NCBI RefSeq assembly: GCF_963921235.1
Contig: NC_086097.1
Span: 198,340,001 to 198,404,000, forward strand
Direction of reading: 5' to 3'
Source of the DNA: Mobula hypostoma
Taxonomy: Eukaryota
DNA: 64,000 bases
Positions 38,211 through 49,312 of this stretch are shown here, piece after piece; within the stretch, counting starts at the first letter, position 1, and each line of letters opens with the position of its first letter. A model generated the notes under the pieces. It was not told where the DNA came from, made no database searches, and saw only the letters and a program-made list of their open reading frames with translations. A program made the position numbers and the translations under genes.

Positions 38211-39805
38211 GAGTACTGCTGCTACTCATAATTCTGCTGCTAAGTTAACAAATTTCATGTCACATACCGTTGATAATAAACCTGATTCTGATTCTGAAGA
38301 TTTGATCACATCAAGAAAGGCTTAATGGTCTGAGTACTTTTCTCTAAGATGAGAGAGGCAAAGTTTAATGCATATTTATGTGGCAAGTCATTTTACACAG
38401 AGAATGGTAGGTGCCTGGAATATTCTTCCAGGAAACTTTCCTAGAGACATAGAGTTATACAGCATGAAAACAGGCCCTTCATCCCAACTAGCCCATGCTG
38501 ACCAACTTGGTGATAGAAGCAGCTACAATAGGAACATATGAGAAGCATTTAGGCAAGCACATGAATAGACAAAGAATGAAGCGATACAGATGATGTAGAG
38601 ACAGATCAGTCGAGTTCAATTTGGCATCATGGACTGAAAGGCCAGTCTTTGTGCTCTGCTGTTCTAAGTTCTATGTTAACATTTCACATTCAACTTAAGA
38701 GTAAAAAAAATCGGGTTGAAAACTAGTGTGTGAAATAAAAGCAACTGCAAAAGGTATAAAGGCAGAGTTGATTCAAGAGGGATGGGAAAATATTAGATAA
38801 GATGGGAGATAATTACTTGCTGATATCCCATGAATCTCAACAAAACCATATTTCATTGAGAAATAACCACTCAGCATGAGGAAGATCCATTAGTGGATAA
38901 CTGAAGAAGTCAAAGATAGCATCAGCTTGAAAGAGCAAGTATGTGATGTAGCAAAGATTAAGACGAGACAAAAAAGTTGGAATTTTTTGGAAAGCAACAG
39001 AAGAGGATTTGGGAATATGAAAAAAGGAGAAAATTGATAAGAGAACAAGCTGGCAAGAACTTTAAAGTATCATAGTAAAAACAATGGCAGTGAGAGCTTC
39101 AATATGTACTTGCAAAAGAGTAGCTTAGGTAAATGTCAGCCCCACGGAGAATGAGACTGGGAATTAATAAAGGGAAATATAAAAGATTTCTGGCAAATAC
39201 TTCGTATCTCTCTTCTTTGTGGATGACTGGTGGTAGACCTCAGGAGAGCTAAGGTACCGGTGACCCCTGTTTCCATCCAGGGGGTCGGTGTGGACATGGT
39301 GGAGGATTACAATACCTGGGGATACAAATTGACAATAAACTGGACTGGTCAAAGAACACTCCTCTGTCCTCTCTCCTGTTCCAACCTCACTCCCTCTGAA
39401 CGCACTGCCCTCCACTCTCTCCGCACTAATCCAAACCTCACCATCAAACCTGCTGACAAAGGTGGTGCCGTAGTAGTCTGGCGGATGGACCTCTACCTCA
39501 CTGAGGCCAGACAGCAGCTCTCTGACACCTCCTCTTACTTACCCCTGGAACAGGACCCCACCAAAAAACATCAAACCATTGTCTCCCGCACAATCACCAC
39601 CCTTATCAACTCCGGAGACCTTCCATCCTCAGCCGCTAAACTCATTATTCCCACACCCCGTACCGCTCGGTTTTACCTCCTCCCAAAGATACACAAGCCT
39701 GACTGTCCCGGTAGACCCATAGTTTCTGCCTGCTCCTGTCCAACCAAACTTGTATCTGCCTACCTGGATTCCATTTTGTCACACATAGTTCAGTCCCTCC
39801 CCACC

Positions 39806-39845
39806 TACATCCACGATACATCCACGATACATCCACGATACATCC
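39806..39845 (+). repeat. 11-bp tandem triplication (TACATCCACGA)x3 that frameshifts the Penelope RT
   Basis: Three exact units at 39806, 39817 and 39828, plus a partial unit. Confidence 0.9.
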
Positions 39846-39980
39846 CATGCCCTCCACCTCTTCAATAACTTCCAGTTCCCCCGTCCCAACCACTTCATTT
39901 TTACTATGGATGTCCAATCCTTATACACCTCCATTCCCCATCAAGAAGGCCTCAAAGCCCTCCGCTACTTCCTGGATAAT

Positions 39981-40539
39981 GTTGTTGTTGTTCGTCCATC
40001 GTTGACGTCGATGAGGACCTCAACACCATAATGATGGTGTCGAGACTAGCGCGTGATTTGGATTTAAGTGAGGGAGAGTTGTGCAACGTGAGCCTCACTC
40101 TCTCTTCCCAATTCCCATCTGGGTCCAGTGGCAAGACAGAGTCTAGATGACTGGAGATGGGATTAGGCGCAGTGGATGACCAGGACATCTTCTGTGTCTT
40201 GTCCTCCTCTACACGTTCCACGACGCTTGCAGAGACCGCCTTCTTGACCGTTGGACCTTCCATTGGTCTCGTCCGCTCAGTCCGCTGGAGTCTGTCTTCA
40301 CATGCTGGGATAGACAACTCCCTATCTCACCGAGGGTTTGAGACCCGTCGGTTAGCCTCACCTGGTTTAGCCGGCTTGTCGAAGCCGTTGCCCAGGGTGT
40401 GGCCGCTGTCGCATGCAAACAGCTACGGGGAGCCACAGGTGAGAGCTGAGTGCCAGGTGGGGACCAAAGGTGGACTAACCACCCTGAAAAGGACGCGACA
40501 TGTTCCTCCACCAGAGGTGCTACCCCTCCCTGACACCCC
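39981..40539 (-). mobile_element. Full-length non-autonomous RTE-derived retroposon (RTESINE-like)
   Basis: (CAA)n tail on the minus strand; 12-bp TSD TTCCT(G/T)GATAAT at 39969-39980 and 40543-40554; no coding motifs; removing it restores the Penelope sequence. Confidence 0.85.
40357..40539 (-). ncRNA. Predicted HDV-like self-cleaving ribozyme with an L3 hairpin insertion
   Basis: P1 GGGGUGU/ACACCCU, P2 CUCACCUG/CAGGUGAG, P3 GGC/GCC, P1.1 CC/GG, GCAA junction, P4 CGGCUU/AAGCCG, J4/2 GCUAA. Confidence 0.7.
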
Positions 40540-42013
40540 ATATTCCTTGATAATAGACCTCACCAGTTCCCCACCACCACTACCCTCCTCCAGTTGGCAG
40601 AACTGGTTCTCACACTTAATAACTTCTCTTTTGGCTCTTCCCACTTTCTTCAGAATAAGGGTGCAGCTATGGGAACTTGCATGGGACCCAGCTACGCCTG
40701 CCTCTTCGTTGGTTATGTGGAACAGTCTGTGCTCCAAACCTATTCTGGTACTGCTCCCCAACTTTTCCTTCGATACATTGACGACTACATTGGTGCTGCT
40801 TTCTGCACCCATGCTGAGCCTCGTCAATGTCATTGACTTTACTTCAAGCTTCCACCCAGCCCTCAGATTCACTTGGTCTATCTCTGACACTTCTCTCCCC
40901 TTTCTTGATGTCTCGGTCTCCATCTCTGGAGACAGACTGTCCACTGACATCTTCTACAAGCCCACTGACTCTCATATCTACCTCGACTATACCTCTTCCC
41001 ACCCCGCCACATGTAAAAATGCCATTCCCTATTCCCAGTTCCTCCGTCTCTGCCGCATCTGCTCCCAGGATGAGGCTTTCCGTTCCAGGACATCTCAAAT
41101 GTCCTCTTTCTTTAAGGATCGTGGATTCCCTTCTACGGTGATCAATGATGCCCTCACCCGCATCTCCTCCATTTCCCGCACTTCGGCCCTCACCCCATCT
41201 TCCCGCCGCCACAACAGGGACAGAGTTCCCGTTGTCCTTACCTACCACCCCACCAGCCTCCGGATCCAGCACATTATCCTCTGCAATTTCTGCCACCTTC
41301 AACAGGACCCCACCACTAAGCACATCTTTCCCTCTCCACCCCTCTCCGCTTTCCACAGGGATCGATCCCTCCGCGACTCACTTATCCACATGTCCATCCC
41401 CACGGATCTCCCACCCAGCACTTATCCCTGTAAGCTTAAGTGCTATACCTATCCCCACACCTCCTCTCTTGCCACCATTCAGGGCCCCAAACAGTCCTTC
41501 CAGGTGAGGCAACACTTCACTTACGAATCTGTTGGGGTCATCTATTGCATCCGGTGCTCCCGGTGCGGCCTCCTCTACATCGGTGAAACCCAACGCAGAT
41601 TGGGGGACCGCTTCGTTGAGCACCTCCACTCCGTCTGCCACAACAGACAGGACCTCCTGGTAGCCACCCACTTCAACTCTGCTTCCCATTCCCATTCAGA
41701 TATGTCCATACATGGCCTGCTCTACTGCCATGATGAGGCTAAACTCAGATTGGAGAAGCAACACCTCATATACCGTCTAGGTAGTCTCCAGCCCCTTGGT
41801 ATGAACATAGAATTCTCCAACTTCCGGTAATTCCCTCCCCCTCCCTTCCTCTATCCCTATTTCGTATCACCTCCTTCATAGTTCCGTCTCCTTCTACTAT
41901 TGTTCTCCTGCCAATCACCTCCCTGCTTCCCCTCCCCCACCCCTTTGTCTTAAAAATTACTGTTTTTTTTCAACTACCAGCATTCTTCAAACCCTCCCCA
42001 AAGTTCTTCCTTC

Positions 42014-42049
42014 AGTCCTGACGAAGGGTTTCGGCCCGAAATGTCGACT
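42014..42049 (+). ncRNA. Minimal type I hammerhead ribozyme motif at the Penelope terminus
   Basis: AGTC-CTGACGA-A-GGG-tttcgg-CCC-GAAA-TG-TC-GACT. Confidence 0.75.
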
Positions 42050-42859
42050 AATCTTTTCAACTGATGCTGACTGACCTGCTGAGTTCCTCCAGCGCATTGT
42101 GAGTGTTCCAAAGAACACTGAGGCTGTCAACAAGAAGGGTCAGAGCCATCTCTATTTCCTGAGGAAACTGAGGTCCTTTAACATCTGCCGGGCGATGCTG
42201 AGGATGTTCTACGAGTCTGTGGTGGCCAATGCGATCATGTTTGCTGTTGTGTGCTGGGGCAGCAGGCTGAGGGTAGCAGACACCAACAGAATCAACAAAC
42301 TCATTCGTAAGGCCAGTGATGTTGTGGAGATGGAACTGGACTCTCTGACGGTGGTGTCTGAAAAGAGGATGCTGTTCAAGTTGCATGCCATCTTGGACAA
42401 TGTCTCCCATCCACTACATAATGTACTGGTTGGGCACGGGAGTACATTCAGCCAGAGACTCATTCCACCGAGATGCAACACAGAGCGTCATAGGAAGTTA
42501 TTCCTGCCTGTGGCCATCAAACTTCACAACTCCTCCCTTGGAGGGTCAGACATTCTGAGCCAATAGGTTGGTCCTGGACTTATTCCCTGGCATAATTTAC
42601 ATATTACTATTTAATTATTTATGGTGCAACTGTAATGAAAACCAATTTCCCCCGGGATCAATAAAGTATGACTACTATGACATGAACAGTACCCTCTAAT
42701 AATTGTTGAAAATCTGGGCAGGAGGTCTATAGGAATTTAAAACATTCATTGCAATTAGGAAAAAGCCCTAGGTTTTTAAAATAAGTCATTGCAGAGACAG
42801 CCAATGTATTGGCTGCACTTATTCCAAATTCACCAATTTCTGGAAAAGTCCCAGAGGAA

Positions 42860-43770
42860 ATGGTGGGGAGCTACACCTTTGTCTTAATTATCCTTACCAC
42901 TGGGGCTCCACAAGGTTTCTTCCTCATTTTTACTCCCTCAACACTGACGATTATGTGGTCATATTCTGCCCTAAATCTATCTACAGGTTTGCAGATACCA
43001 CCATGGTAAGAGGCCGAATCTAAAGTAATGATGAGACAAAGTACAGGAAGGAGATAAAATTCCTTCTGGCATGGTGTGATTACAACAAACTTTCTCTTAA
43101 TGTCAGCATTAGTTCCTAGTTCCTAAATAGCCCCAATGGACTGTTCTTGTCCAAGCATGCAAATACCAAAGACAAAAAAGCCCATTGGTGCTTCTATTTG
43201 CTCAGGAGGCTTAAGAAACTTGGCATTTCCCCGATGACCCAAACACAATTATAGATGCATCAAAGAAAGCATCTTATCTGGATTCATCACAGCTTAGTTT
43301 GGCAACTGCTCTGCCCAGGACCACAAGAAAGACAGAATGTTTTTGATACAGCTCAGCATATCATAGAAAGTAGCTGCCCGTCCATGGGCCCTGTCTACAT
43401 TTCTTGCTGTCTTGATAAAGCAACAAACATTATCAAAGAACCTCTCACCTCAATGTTCTCTCCCTTCCCATCAGGCAGAAGATACAAAAGCCTGAAAGTA
43501 CATACCAGCAGGTTCGAGGATGCCTTCTATCCTGTTGTTGTAAGACTATTGAATGGTTCCCTAGTACAATAAAATGGACCCTTGACCTCGCATCTATCGA
43601 ATCATGCCAATACACCTCACTGTCTGCACATTCTCTGTGACTGTAACACTTCATTTAGCATTCTGTTCTAGCATCTCCCTTGTACCACTTCAATGTGCTG
43701 ATGTGATGAAGTGATTTGCAGGGTTGGAATGCAAAGCGGTATCTTTGTACACATGACAAATATAAACCAC
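42860..43770 (+). mobile_element. Old Rex1/Babar 3' relic
   Basis: LTTGAPQG, FADT, PSGRRYKSLK..RFEDAFYP..VRLLN. Confidence 0.75.
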
Positions 43771-45339
43771 ACAAGAGGGCACTTTAAAAAACTCATACCT
43801 TGGGAGGTAATACATTAGCATGGATGGAGGATCAGCTAAATTGCTGAAAACAGAGTTAGGATAAATGGGATCGATTCCAAGACTTGCTGTAGATGAAGCA
43901 GCTATAACAACCAGATTTGCTGATGATAGAGGGAGGAACGAAATTTCTAAGGAGTAGACGAAGTGTCCAGAAAGGAAAACTGATAGATTAAATGAGTGAA
44001 TAGATATTTGACAAAGTGTTGAATCATGAGATAGTTCAGTTTGATAAGAATAAAAAGATCATATCATTTTAATAGACTCAGTATAGTGGAGTCTGTGTGC
44101 TCTGTATATGAACACAGTAAGTTATTACACTGGTGCAGGAATCAATTAGCAAGACAAAAGGAATAATTGCTTTTGTGAGTAGGAGAGTTCTGATGTTGCA
44201 TTTTGTAGTGATGTGACATCGACTGGAGTACTGCACCCCGAGGACAAAATCTGCAATGATTTTATTGAATGACAAAGAATGTTGAATTAGCCATATAGTT
44301 TACTCTTGCAACTATTTGTCCTAATTAGTTAATGAAGAACTGCCTGTGCTGCATATCAGCATCCTTGAAAGCATAATTACAAATGCAGGTGCGCCTGCTG
44401 AATCCTTTTAAGGAGAGGATATTGATTGTTGTGAATCCTCCCATTATGAGTCATGCTAAATATAACATAAAGTCATAAAAACTTCTTCCAGAGCACACCA
44501 TACCTAATTTTTTGTTTATTTATCTTGATCTATAGAAGAAATCAGAGTCTGATAATGAATCACAGTTAATCACGTGGCAGTTTAACCACACTGCAGTAAG
44601 GAATGGCAGCAAATATACACTTTCTCTTCTATTCAGCTTTCAACAGAGCTTCTTACTTAAGATGATGCTGGTGATGCCCAGCGACTGCTTATTGGTGGCA
44701 AAGCACAAAACAACTTATTAATAATAAACACTTAATTAATATCAATCACCACTAATAAAGGAGAGGTGCGCAGAGGTGAGGCTAGACAAATGGAAGTAGA
44801 GGCGAGAGCAGATGGAGGCAAAGGCAGGCGGAGGTGGCAGTGAGGGATGTACGGGTGACTGATCAAATTAAGCGCTGGGTGAATTGGAAAGGTTGGATAC
44901 TGGCCGAATCGTGGTGGTGGGAGCCAGGCCTCAGAGCTGTCTGAGATCGAGGAACAACTCGATGCTTGGACAATTTAAGCACAGGGTCAGATTGAAAAAG
45001 TCAGCGTGTCAGGACCAGTTCTGCCTGGTTCTGTTCGCTGCTTTGCGACATTTGCTCAGCGCTACAATGAACTGAGGCTGCAGCCTACTCTAGATACAGT
45101 GAAGCTTGGCTTTGTGTCTTTCTTAAAACTTCAGTTCTGAATGCTGTTTGCTTTCTTTTATTTGCACAATCTTTTTTTCTTTCTCTGTTCATTGGGTGTT
45201 TTAATGCGTTCTTTTGGGGTTTCTTTGTTTTGTGACTGCCTGAATCACAAAGTTGTATATTGTATATGTACTTTGATAATAAACGTACTTTGAAATTTGA
45301 GCAGCTGAAATAATCAGGCAAAATAACAAAAAGTGCATA

Positions 45340-45880
45340 AAGTCAGTGGTGAGGAAGGCAAATGCATTGTTAGTATTCATTTCAAGAGGTCTAGAATACA
45401 AGAGCAAGGATGTGATGCTGAGGTTTTATAAGGCACTGGTGAGGCCTCATCTTGAGTATTGTGAACAGTTTTGGGCTCATCTAAGAAAAGATGTGCTAGC
45501 ATTGGAGAGGGTTCAGAGGAGGTTCACAAGTATGATTCTGTGAATGAAAGGATTATCATATGAGGAACGTTTGATAGCTCTGGGTCTGTACTCACTGGAA
45601 TTTGGAAGGATGAAGGGGGATCTCAATGAATCCCTTGAATGTTGAAAGGTCTAGACAGAGTAGATGTGGAAAGGACATTTCCCATGGTAAGGAAGTCTAA
45701 GATAAGAGGCATAACCTCAGGATAAAGGGGCATCCTTGAAATCAGAGATGCAGGGATATTTCTCTAGCCAGAGGGTGGTGAATTTGTGGAATTTATTACC
45801 ACAGAGCTGCGGAGGCCAGGTCATTGGGTGTACTTAAAGCAAAGCTTGATGGGTTCTTGATTGGACATGGCATCAAAGAT
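45340..45880 (+). mobile_element. CR1 3' fragment
   Basis: VRKANALL..YKALVRPHLEYCEQFW..VQRRFT. Confidence 0.85.
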
Positions 45881-46077
45881 CGGAATCAGAATCAGGTTTA
45901 TTATCACCAGCATGTGACGTGAAATTTGTTAATTTAGCAGCAGCAGTTCAATACAATACATAATCTAGCAGAGAAAAAAAAATAAACAAGTAAATCAATT
46001 ACGTATATTGAATATATTTAAAAATTATGCAAAAACAGAAATACTATATATTAAAAAAGTGAGGTAGTGTCCAAAGA

Positions 46078-46322
46078 TCACCTGTCCAGCTCTCGGCTCT
46101 ATCCCTCCTCCTCCTGTCTTCTCCTATCATTTTGCATCTCCCCCTCCCCCTCCAGCTTTCAAATCCCTTACTCACTCTTCCTTCAGTTAGTCCTGACGAA
46201 GGGTCTCGGCCTGAAACGTCGACTGCGCCTCTTCCTATAGATGCTGCTTGGCCTGCTGCGTTCACCAGCAACTTTGATGTGTGTTGCTTGAATTTCCAGC
46301 ATCTGCAGAATTCCTGTTGTTT
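46078..46322 (+). mobile_element. Penelope-like terminal fragment
   Basis: Pyrimidine-rich UTR, hammerhead block, then gatgctgc..cagcatctgcagaa. Confidence 0.85.
46189..46224 (+). ncRNA. Minimal type I hammerhead ribozyme motif
   Basis: AGTC-CTGACGA-A-GGG-tctcgg-CCT-GAAA-CG-TC-GACT; intact core with palindromic ACGT. Confidence 0.8.
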
Positions 46323-46499
46323 TTGTTGTCAACTGTCAATTAAAACCACTACACTCTTTTCACCAAAGCTTGATGCTTTATTATCATCTGCCTGAATGAA
46401 TCTGTTTTATTATATGGCCAGGTCCTTTAAATATCTGTGCTGTTTGGGAATTGATTTGATTTCAGCCAGTACTGTAATCAAAACTGTCGTAATTATATT

Positions 46500-46775
46500 T
46501 ATTTTATTTAGCGATACAGCACAGAACAGGCTCTCTGCGCACCGAATCATGCCACCCAGCAACCCACTGATTTAACCCCTAGCCTAATCACAGGACACTT
46601 TACAATGACCAATTAACCTCCTAACCAGTGCATCTTTGCACCATGGGAGGAAAGCGACACACGCACAGAGAGAACTTACAAACTCCCTCGCAGAACACGC
46701 TGGGAATGAACTCCAAAGTCTGATGCCCCAAGCTGTAATAATATTACACCAACCACTACGCGACTGTGGCGTCCC
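46500..46775 (-). mobile_element. V-SINE, same family as 9929-10232
   Basis: Reverse complement shares ggttag..ggttaattggtcattgtaaa..ctagg..ttaaatca..gggttgctggg with the SINE at 9929. Confidence 0.75.
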
Positions 46776-47059
46776 ATCATCTGAGCTCAATAAGTTAATT
46801 CATTTGACATTAAAATATACAAAACTCTTTACTCCATGGTAATAAGAGGATAGATATTAAAAATAGTTGTCTGGTATGAAGAGAAAAGTATTATCTATAG
46901 TACTGATACTTTCCTGATAACCAAGTATACTTCCATACTCAAAATCCTAATTGATTGAACATAAAGCGGGATCAATTTTATGGTGCTACAGATTAATTTC
47001 CTGGATTATCTGAAAATGCTTGTGCATAAATTTTACAAATGCCAGCTTTTTCATTTTAG

Positions 47060-47915
47060 TTTACACACTGAAGATTGGGGATACAATGGACAGCGAGGAA
47101 GGCTATCTAAGCTTGCACTGATCTAGACCGGCTGGAAAAATGGGCTCAAAAATGACAGATGGGATTTAAAGCAGAGAAGCGTGAGGTATTGCAATTTGTG
47201 AGGACAAATTAGGGTAGGACTTACATACTGAATGGTAGGGCACTGAGGAGTGTGGGAAAACAAAGGAATCTGCGAATACAGATACATAATTCCTTGAAAG
47301 TGGTGTCACAAGTAGACTGGGTCATAAAGAGAGCTTTTGACATATTGGCCTTCATAAATCAGAGATGTCAGTATTGAAATTGGGATGAAATAGGTGAAAT
47401 TGATCACCTGTCTACAAGAAAGATATCAATTAAATTGAAAGCATACAGAGAAAATTTGCAAGGATGTTGCCAGCACTTGAGGATCTGAATTATAGGGAAG
47501 GTTGAATAGGTTAGGACTTTATTTCCTGAGGTGTAAGAAAATGAGTGGAGTTTTGATAGAGGTATGCAAGATTATGTGGTTTATAGATAGGGTACATGCA
47601 GGCAGACTCTTTCCACTGAGATGGGTAACTCTAGAACTAGAGGTCATAGGTAAGGATAGAAAGGTGAAATATTTAAGGGAACCTGAGAGGGAACATCTTC
47701 ACTCAGTGGGTGGTGTGAGTGTGGAATAAGCTGCCAGAGGAAGTAGTGAATGCAAATTTTATTGCAACATTTGACAAGTTTGGCTAAGTACATGGATGGA
47801 AGGGTAGGAAGGCCTGTGGTCCAGGGGTAGGTGGATGGAATGAGGCAGAATATCTCAGTTCATCACAGACGAGGTAGCTGAAGGGCCTGTTTCTCTGTTG
47901 TAGTGCTCTATGAAA
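47060..47915 (+). mobile_element. Old CR1 3' relic
   Basis: Degenerate RT C-terminus (DLDRLEKWA, CEVLQF, NRLGLYFL) and 3' UTR. Confidence 0.75.
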
Positions 47916-48740
47916 TTTCAAACTGGCATGAGGTGAATTGTTAGTAAACTGCCACATGACTTCCATCATTCTAACGTATTTATCTAATGCTTATGTTCAT
48001 GATTCCACAACTTATCACCGCCCTTACTTTTGGATAAACAGCCATTTTAGAAAGTAGGATCTTACTCTGAATTGAAGAAGGAATCATACTCAGAATCTCC
48101 CATAAATAGTGTTGGAATAAGAGTCAAGAGAGAGAAATTAATGGGACTGCTATAGGATATAACTCTAGGCCCTGATGATATGCACACTAGAGTCTTGAAG
48201 AAGGTGGTTAAAGATTTACTCCCTGTTGCCTTCTAATATTCCATAGATTGTTGAATGGCTACCACAGATCTGAGTGTCGTCAGTCTAATCTTACTAGTTA
48301 AGAAGGGAGGGAGAGAAAAACGTGGAACTGTTAGCACTCAGCTCAAAACCAGTAGCAAGAGAAATGATGTTTATAGTGCTTTTGGAAAATATTAAGATTG
48401 AAATGAGTAAATATGGATTCATGAAAAGTTTATTGTATTCAGAATTTTTGAACTAGATACAAGTGTTGATTTGGTGTATTTGGACATTTAGTAAAGTGCC
48501 ACAAAAAAGATCATTAAAGAAATTTAGACTGGCTTTTTTAAAGGGTATTGTACTGATATGGATTAAGGTTTGGTTAACCAACCAAAAACAAAATGTAGGA
48601 ATAACAGGACATGTTTTAAGTTGGGAGCTGTAACCGATGGGCTGCTAACTATCCAATCTGTATCAGGGTTTTAGACAAAATAGATCGTTAAAATATATAC
48701 AAATTTTAGAATGACAAAGTTGGGTGACAGCGGTGAGCAG

Positions 48741-49312
48741 GAATTGAATTGAATTGACTTTATTACTTACATCCTTCAAAGAAATGAGGAGTAAAAATCT
48801 TATGTTACATCTCTGTCTAAATGTGCAATGTGTAATTAATGGTAATTTGTAATGCATAGTATGTACCACAGGACTGTCAATATAACATAGAAATACAAGT
48901 GTATCAGCATGAATTAGTCAGTCTGATGGCCTGGTGGAAGAAGCTGTCCTGGAGCCTATTGATCCTGGCTTTTATGCTGCGGTACCATTTTCCAGATGGT
49001 AGCAGCTGGAACAGTTTGTGATTGGTGTGATTCGGGTCCCCAATGATCCTTCGTGCCCTTTTCTCACACCTGTTTTTGTAAATGTCCTGAATAGTGGAAA
49101 GTTCACATCTACAGATGCGCTAAGCTGTCTGTACCACTCTCTGCAGAGTCCTGTGATTGAGGGAAGCACAGTTCCCATACCAGGCAGTGATGCAGCCAGT
49201 CAGGATGCTCTCAATTGTGCCCCTGTAGAAAGTTCTTAGGATTTGGGGACCTATACCAAACTTTTTCAACCGTCTGAGGTGAAAGAAGCGTTGTTGTGCT
49301 TTTATCACCACA
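48741..49312 (-). mobile_element. Rex1/Babar 3' fragment inside an old plus-strand CR1 relic (~48100-49780)
   Basis: KAQQRFFHLRRLKKFG..TAWYGNC; (GAATT)n tail; same family as 22696-23575. Confidence 0.88.

Larger units (their letters stand above)
39361..42108 (+). mobile_element. Penelope-like retroelement (RT + GIY-YIG), 5'-truncated, with terminal hammerhead
   Basis: IKPADKGG, LPKIHK..GRPIVS, GAAMG, RYIDD, LPFLD; VIYCIRCSRCGLLYIGET..RFVEH (GIY-YIG). 11-bp TSD CAAAGAACACT at 39350-39360 and 42109-42119. Confidence 0.95.
39228..42680 (+). mobile_element. Rex1/Babar 3' part (39228-39360 plus 42109-42680) split by a Penelope insertion
   Basis: VVDLRR..PVSIQG..VEDY continues after the insert as KNTEAVNKKGQSHLYFLRKLRSF..FLPVAIKLHN. 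Tail aatttcccccgggatcaataaagtatgact. Confidence 0.9.

Noticed and set aside
39230..39868. 212-aa ORF as a Rex1-Penelope fusion gene
   Set aside because: It is a chance read-through across an insertion junction marked by a TSD, and it ends after a tandem-repeat frameshift.
40157..41830. 557-aa ORF as a novel protein
   Set aside because: It is chimeric: antisense RTE-SINE sequence and an out-of-frame stretch run into the true Penelope RT/GIY-YIG frame only from ~40820.
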